Source: Phoronis australis
Taxonomy: Eukaryota > Animalia > Phoronida
Direction: 5' to 3'
Length of the DNA stretch: 64,000 nt
Assembly (NCBI GenBank): GCA_002633005.1
Contig: NMRA01000478.1
Location: 97,014-161,013, forward strand
The position numbers and the translations under genes were made by a program. The notes beneath the pieces are model-generated. The model was not told the origin of the DNA and searched no databases. It saw only the letters and a program-made list of their open reading frames with translations. Below, piece after piece: positions 60,482 to 64,000 of this stretch; the first letter of the stretch is position 1, and each line of letters starts with the position of its first letter.

Positions 60482-63172
60482 ATGACGACAATCGTCAGCG
60501 CATGCGCCCGACTGACACTGTGCTTGCTCACCGTGTTGTACATAATCCGCGGATGTTCTTCTAAGAATGATCAATGGATGTATTACGAAACTTCCAACTG
60601 TACTGTTACATCTGAGAAAAACGAAACAATTCTCAACTGCAGCAACAGGGGTTTCTTCACTTTGCCGTCGACATATCCGATAAATGTTACTGTCTTTTAT
60701 ATGCGATCAAACTTCATATCTTCTGTCCCCGCAGGTGCCTTCTTAAAACTAAAACACTTGAAACATCTAGATCTTTCCGACAACCAAGCGTCATTGTCGT
60801 TCCACCAAGACAGCCTTTTGGGGTTGAATTATCTGGACAGTTTGAGTTTGACAAACGTCACTGCTTTCTCGTTCGCTTGTCAGCAGGGGTCGTCAAGTTT
60901 GTTTCGACATACACCCTATCTCCAGACTCTTCGAATGAAAAAGTCGCTGCATTTTGACACCACATGCGTGAATTTTACGTTTCAGGATTTAACGAAGCTT
61001 CGCTATCTTTCGGTCACGTGGCCAACTTCGCCGCTTCCAAGTGGATTTTCACTTTTGAAGCAATTAGATGTACTAGACTTGAGTGAGTCAACATTTAATC
61101 TAACTGAAAAAAATTTTCAATCACTTTTATGTCTGAACATTTCACGTCTGGCGTTACGACAACTTCATCTCAAAGAATTTAACAAACATGCTTTGAACCC
61201 TGTGTTGCACAGTCTCAAAGTTTTGGATTTTTCGTGCAATCATGATTTTCGTAACATTGGGGTGAATACCAAATACTTCTCGCCCATTTTGGAATGTCTT
61301 GAAAATTCTACAAGCCTCGAAGTGCTAATCATTGACAACTGTTACGATTATCATCACGCCATTAACCTGACTGCAGAACAGTTTGGTCCACTTAACCGAG
61401 TTCCTCTGAAGGCGCTGTCCTTGCGTCAAAACGCCATCACCATTATATCTCCATTTCTTATATATTTGAAAAGTTTGGAATATATTAACCTGGATTATAA
61501 CATGCCGATGATCTTTACGGATGGAAAAACAACACTTTTTGAAATGCAGAGACACTTGAAAGAGTTTCACTTTTCCCATCAGTACTTGTACTCAACAATT
61601 GTCAATAGTTGTCACGAAGACGAGAGCGAAATATTTATGCGTGACTTCTCAAATAAAGTAGCCGACGAATCAAGACTGGGAAAGTTAAGCATAAAGAGAT
61701 TTACAGACACTGAATTACAGAAGAAAGATGAACACGGGAGTGACGGCGTCTCGAAGTCTGAGGTCTCAGCTGACGAACGTGAGCTAAAACTTTACATTGC
61801 TCTGGAGACGTTATATGTGGTCAAAATCGGTGCACCAATCCTTTCACCTAGAGTTAATGGGAAGATAGTTCATGACGTAAACGTTTCAGATTTCGTCAGT
61901 CACGGTGTAAGGCTGCAGCTAAAAATCAACTTAAAGACGCTGAACGTTTCCTCAAATTTCCTCACGTACATCAACTTTGTTATATACGGTTTGGATTCTT
62001 TGACAACTTTAGACATCAGTAACAACAATTTGGAATACGTGCCCGTCATGCTGTTCAGGGCGATCGGGAATCTCGAACACCTGTTTGCGTCAAGAAACAG
62101 AATTGGATTACTGACGAATGCGCAGGATTTATCGGCAACTTTCAGCAGCCTTTCAAACATACGGACGATTGACCTTTCCTTAAATCAGCTAAGCTTCATT
62201 CCCGAAGGCATGTTTTCGCTATGCCCTCACTTAGAACGTCTCTATGTGCAAAAAAACAGCATAAAGTCGGTGAATTTAAAATTCGGTATTCTACAGAGTC
62301 TAAAGTTTCTGGACTTTAGCCACAATGAAATCAGCGGTTTTACAAAAGAACAGACAGTCGATCTTCAGCACAGCACCTTTGTCTTGCAAATAAACAACAA
62401 CTCTGGCTTCGAATGTTCTTGCAATAACGTTCCTTTCATAGAATGGATTCAACTTGAGAGCTCGAATGATACTGTGTTAAACAAAGAAAACCTTATTTGT
62501 CTTTACAAAGACGGCAGGGAGGAAGCTGTGATTTCCGTTGACTTAGGTGGACTTTACTTTGAGTGTATTAAGGAAAGTATAATTATCATAATATCTACGC
62601 TCATATCAGTCGTTCTATGCACTGCTTTAGTAGCTTGGCGATTTCAATGGCACATCAGATATTGGGTGTACATTTTGCGAATGAAACGACGGCGTGATGG
62701 TTTTCTGGATGTTTCGAAAAAATTTGACGTATTCATCTCGTATGCCGACGTGGATTATGATCTTGCACTTTCGGTTCTTCATAAACTGGAAGAAATGGGA
62801 CTGCTTGCATTCTTTCGAGACAGAGATACTGATCTTGGAGTATGTATTCTGGACGAGTGCTTCCGAGGAATTGAATCCAGCAGGAAAAGTATTGTTTGTT
62901 TAACAGAAAGTTATCTGAATTCTGACCAACGTTATTTCGAGTTGCGAATGAGTATGCTACGAGGTAAAGGATTTGTTATACCTGTAGTTGTTGGCGACAT
63001 AGCTTTGGAGAAACTGTCGAAACCTCTCCGACACTTACTCCGCGAGGATGTTTACTTTGAATGGCCCACGCTCGAATCAGAAGAAAAAGACTTCTGGAAG
63101 TCTATGCTTAAGGCCGTGTTGACACCGAAAGGAATATGCATTCGTAAGAATGGTTGGTATATTTTTTCATGA
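60482..63172 (+). CDS. TLR: Toll-like receptor, single cysteine cluster (vertebrate-type), 896 aa, single coding exon
   Basis: Signal peptide MTTIVSACARLTLCLLTVLYIIRGCSS; LRR-NT (C..LNCSNRG); many LxxLxLxxN repeats; LRR-CT FECSC..W..C..C; TM IIIIISTLISVVLCTALVAW; TIR with FDVFISY, RDRD..LG and YFEWP..FW. Start placed at the ATG after the acceptor rather than at 60452. Confidence 0.95.
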   Translation: MTTIVSACARLTLCLLTVLYIIRGCSSKNDQWMYYETSNCTVTSEKNETILNCSNRGFFTLPSTYPINVTVFYMRSNFISSVPAGAFLKLKHLKHLDLSDNQASLSFHQDSLLGLNYLDSLSLTNVTAFSFACQQGSSSLFRHTPYLQTLRMKKSLHFDTTCVNFTFQDLTKLRYLSVTWPTSPLPSGFSLLKQLDVLDLSESTFNLTEKNFQSLLCLNISRLALRQLHLKEFNKHALNPVLHSLKVLDFSCNHDFRNIGVNTKYFSPILECLENSTSLEVLIIDNCYDYHHAINLTAEQFGPLNRVPLKALSLRQNAITIISPFLIYLKSLEYINLDYNMPMIFTDGKTTLFEMQRHLKEFHFSHQYLYSTIVNSCHEDESEIFMRDFSNKVADESRLGKLSIKRFTDTELQKKDEHGSDGVSKSEVSADERELKLYIALETLYVVKIGAPILSPRVNGKIVHDVNVSDFVSHGVRLQLKINLKTLNVSSNFLTYINFVIYGLDSLTTLDISNNNLEYVPVMLFRAIGNLEHLFASRNRIGLLTNAQDLSATFSSLSNIRTIDLSLNQLSFIPEGMFSLCPHLERLYVQKNSIKSVNLKFGILQSLKFLDFSHNEISGFTKEQTVDLQHSTFVLQINNNSGFECSCNNVPFIEWIQLESSNDTVLNKENLICLYKDGREEAVISVDLGGLYFECIKESIIIIISTLISVVLCTALVAWRFQWHIRYWVYILRMKRRRDGFLDVSKKFDVFISYADVDYDLALSVLHKLEEMGLLAFFRDRDTDLGVCILDECFRGIESSRKSIVCLTESYLNSDQRYFELRMSMLRGKGFVIPVVVGDIALEKLSKPLRHLLREDVYFEWPTLESEEKDFWKSMLKAVLTPKGICIRKNGWYIFS

Positions 63173-63524
63173 AGATAAATCATTCAACTTCTTAAGGATA
63201 AGACTGGCAGTTGAAATGCCCTTTTGTGCGCCTATATATTTGTATACATATATAACGCCCCTCTGGCGAAAATTCTCCAAAATCCACTCGGGCTCTAGAT
63301 AACGGGGGATAAAGACTTCGCCATGTAATAATCTATTTATGTCACATACTGAACAAGAAGCATTGCTATGAATCGATCTACCTTTCTCGACTCGCCTCGG
63401 CTTTGTAACTACTTTCTATGTCAGAGGCCCGAGGTCGGAGATCGTGACCTTTTAAGAAAAGCAGAGTCATTTTTGTCAAATAATGCTTTTACTCAAAACC
63501 AATTGAAAATTTAAACAAAATGGA

Positions 63525-63530
63525 AATAAA
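63525..63530 (+). terminator. Candidate polyadenylation signal of the TLR
   Basis: First AATAAA seen downstream of the stop codon (~350 nt). Confidence 0.35.
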
Positions 63531-64000
63531 GTGAATCTGTAAATTAAGGTTAAGCAACTATTAAAGCTTACTACACATTTTATCATGCTAAGCTTCGACC
63601 GGGAAAATATCGTCTGCTAAAGTAGGTTACCACTAGTAACTGAGTATAATGCTCAAGTCAAAGAATCCCGACGACACGATACCAGCATTCAAATTTGGGA
63701 TCGGTGATTTGCAAGTTAGAGAACACGAGAGAAAAATTTCAATGACTTAAAATATCGTTTTTATGGAAATTATGCGTCTTATTTTTCATAGCGTATAAAT
63801 GTCGGTACAATGTCCTTTGCTGAACAAGCGATTGTTGCGCGTGCTCATTTAAAGGAGAATGCCACCCTATTTAATTGGTCTTTTTACCGTCTTAATCGTT
63901 CTATATCCACATCGCCTCTTATACGGTCGACCTCACCTTGACGAGAGGTGTCATGTTAACCTGTGAGAAAGGTGAGAAACGACACAGCGACGTCAGTGGT

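Overview
AT-rich, draft-quality eukaryotic DNA with N gaps at about 20433-20850 and 22799-23264. It is most likely from a bilaterian invertebrate (inferred from CTCF-type motifs, a single-coding-exon Toll-like receptor and a MITE/Helentron-rich repeat landscape). The only intact protein-coding gene is a vertebrate-type (single cysteine cluster) TLR at 60482-63172 (+). It has a non-canonical TIR (BB-loop Pro>Leu, WC>QR) and a long acidic insertion in the ectodomain. The rest is mostly non-coding; 1-45840 may be one giant intron of a minus-strand gene. Mobile elements: (1) a full-length but dead L1/Tx1-type LINE (38716-45165, 14-bp TSD), interrupted by a Helentron-like insert whose tandem units carry CTCF-consensus motifs; (2) a Kolobok derivative whose two ends are both the 5' end, giving ~312-bp inverted arms, convergent promoter motifs and a THAP pseudogene; (3) a solo LTR (50536-51386, 5-bp TSD) loaded with heat-shock elements; (4) a perfect 92-bp fold-back MITE with an 8-bp TSD upstream of the TLR; (5) a second, spliced THAP relic; (6) a ~187-bp satellite; (7) many small TIR elements. 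All coordinates were read by eye and may be off by a few bases. No database searches were run.
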